A stretch of DNA of 63,349 bases, counting the filler, from Squatina squatina (Eukaryota), in assembly GCA_031763465.1 (NCBI GenBank). It is 3 parts of 2 records of this genome, joined end to end, with 100 filler letters (N's around TTAATTAATTAA, not from the genome) between each part and the next. Parts side by side here need not be neighbours in the genome. Positions count along the whole stretch, not along the records: positions 39,849 to 63,349 come from JARFOE010000236.1; 2 more parts are not named here. One strand, 5' to 3'. A program made the translations under genes and the position numbers. Shown piece after piece: positions 62,969 through 63,349 of this stretch. The number at the start of each line of letters is the position of its first letter. The stretch's first letter is position 1. The notes beneath the pieces are model-generated. The model did no database searches and had not been told where the DNA came from. It was given only the letters and a program-made list of their open reading frames with translations.

Positions 62969-63277
62969 CTGCATACATAAGACACTCGAATAAGAGACCT
63001 GGTATGTCGCATGCTCGAAGAACACCAGCAGCCGGTCTGTGGCCATGTGCGTTGGGCGGGATATGGTGGTTCTGATACCCACAGTTCTTGGCCTACATGC
63101 AACTCCAGTCCTCAATAGTCAGATCCAATAAATGCCAGCCTTGCGAGCCACACCCATGCCCCAAGAACAAATATGATTAACTACATGCTTTTTTTTAATA
63201 TAATAAGAGGCACCACAACCACACACCCCACCGCACGCTGGGACTGTCCCCAGCTGGTGAAAAGCTGGCACACTTAC

Positions 63278-63349
63278 CCAGGGGCATGATGGACAGGTAT
63301 TTGCCTCGGAACTTGCTGGCGATGGCTATCTCCTGGCGCAGTACCCAGC
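63278..63349 (-). CDS. OSBP: OSBP preceding exon, cut by the window edge
   Basis: WVLRQEIAIASKFRGKYLSIMPL(G) then gtaagt donor; the 309-bp phase-1 intron joins in frame to the next exon. Confidence 0.92.

Overview
Fragmented eukaryotic genomic DNA, almost certainly from a cartilaginous fish (shark-type CR1, Penelope, Deu-domain SINE and Tx1 repeats, plus expanded-family GPR139-like and NACHT genes). Short contigs are joined mostly by 100-N gaps, and two artificial N44-TTAATTAATTAA-N44 spacers split the window into three blocks that need not be neighbours. Block 1 (1-14515) holds scattered exons of CHTF18, the last exon of GNG13 tail-to-tail with it, one BUD31 exon, a probable mesothelin-like exon, and two orphan coding candidates. 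Block 2 (14616-39748) is a gene-poor, AT-rich stretch with a decayed Penelope element, Harbinger and Tx1 remnants, several CNE-like segments and a bipartite CTCF-like site. Block 3 (39849-63349) has GC-rich exons (ZDHHC5, SERCA2-like, GAL3ST1-like, RASL10B-like, OSBP) among many different tandem repeats, plus disabled GPR139-like and NLR genes. I see no CRISPR array, rRNA, bona fide tRNA or prokaryotic system, and I cannot demonstrate a new biological system. The best leads are: a possible set of divergent or extra ohnologs in block 3, overlapping CHTF18/GNG13 3' UTRs, an orphan membrane-protein ORF placed inside CHTF18, and a locally templated overwrite of an NLR motif. Gene identities come from my recollection of protein sequences, not from database searches; repeat boundaries are approximate.
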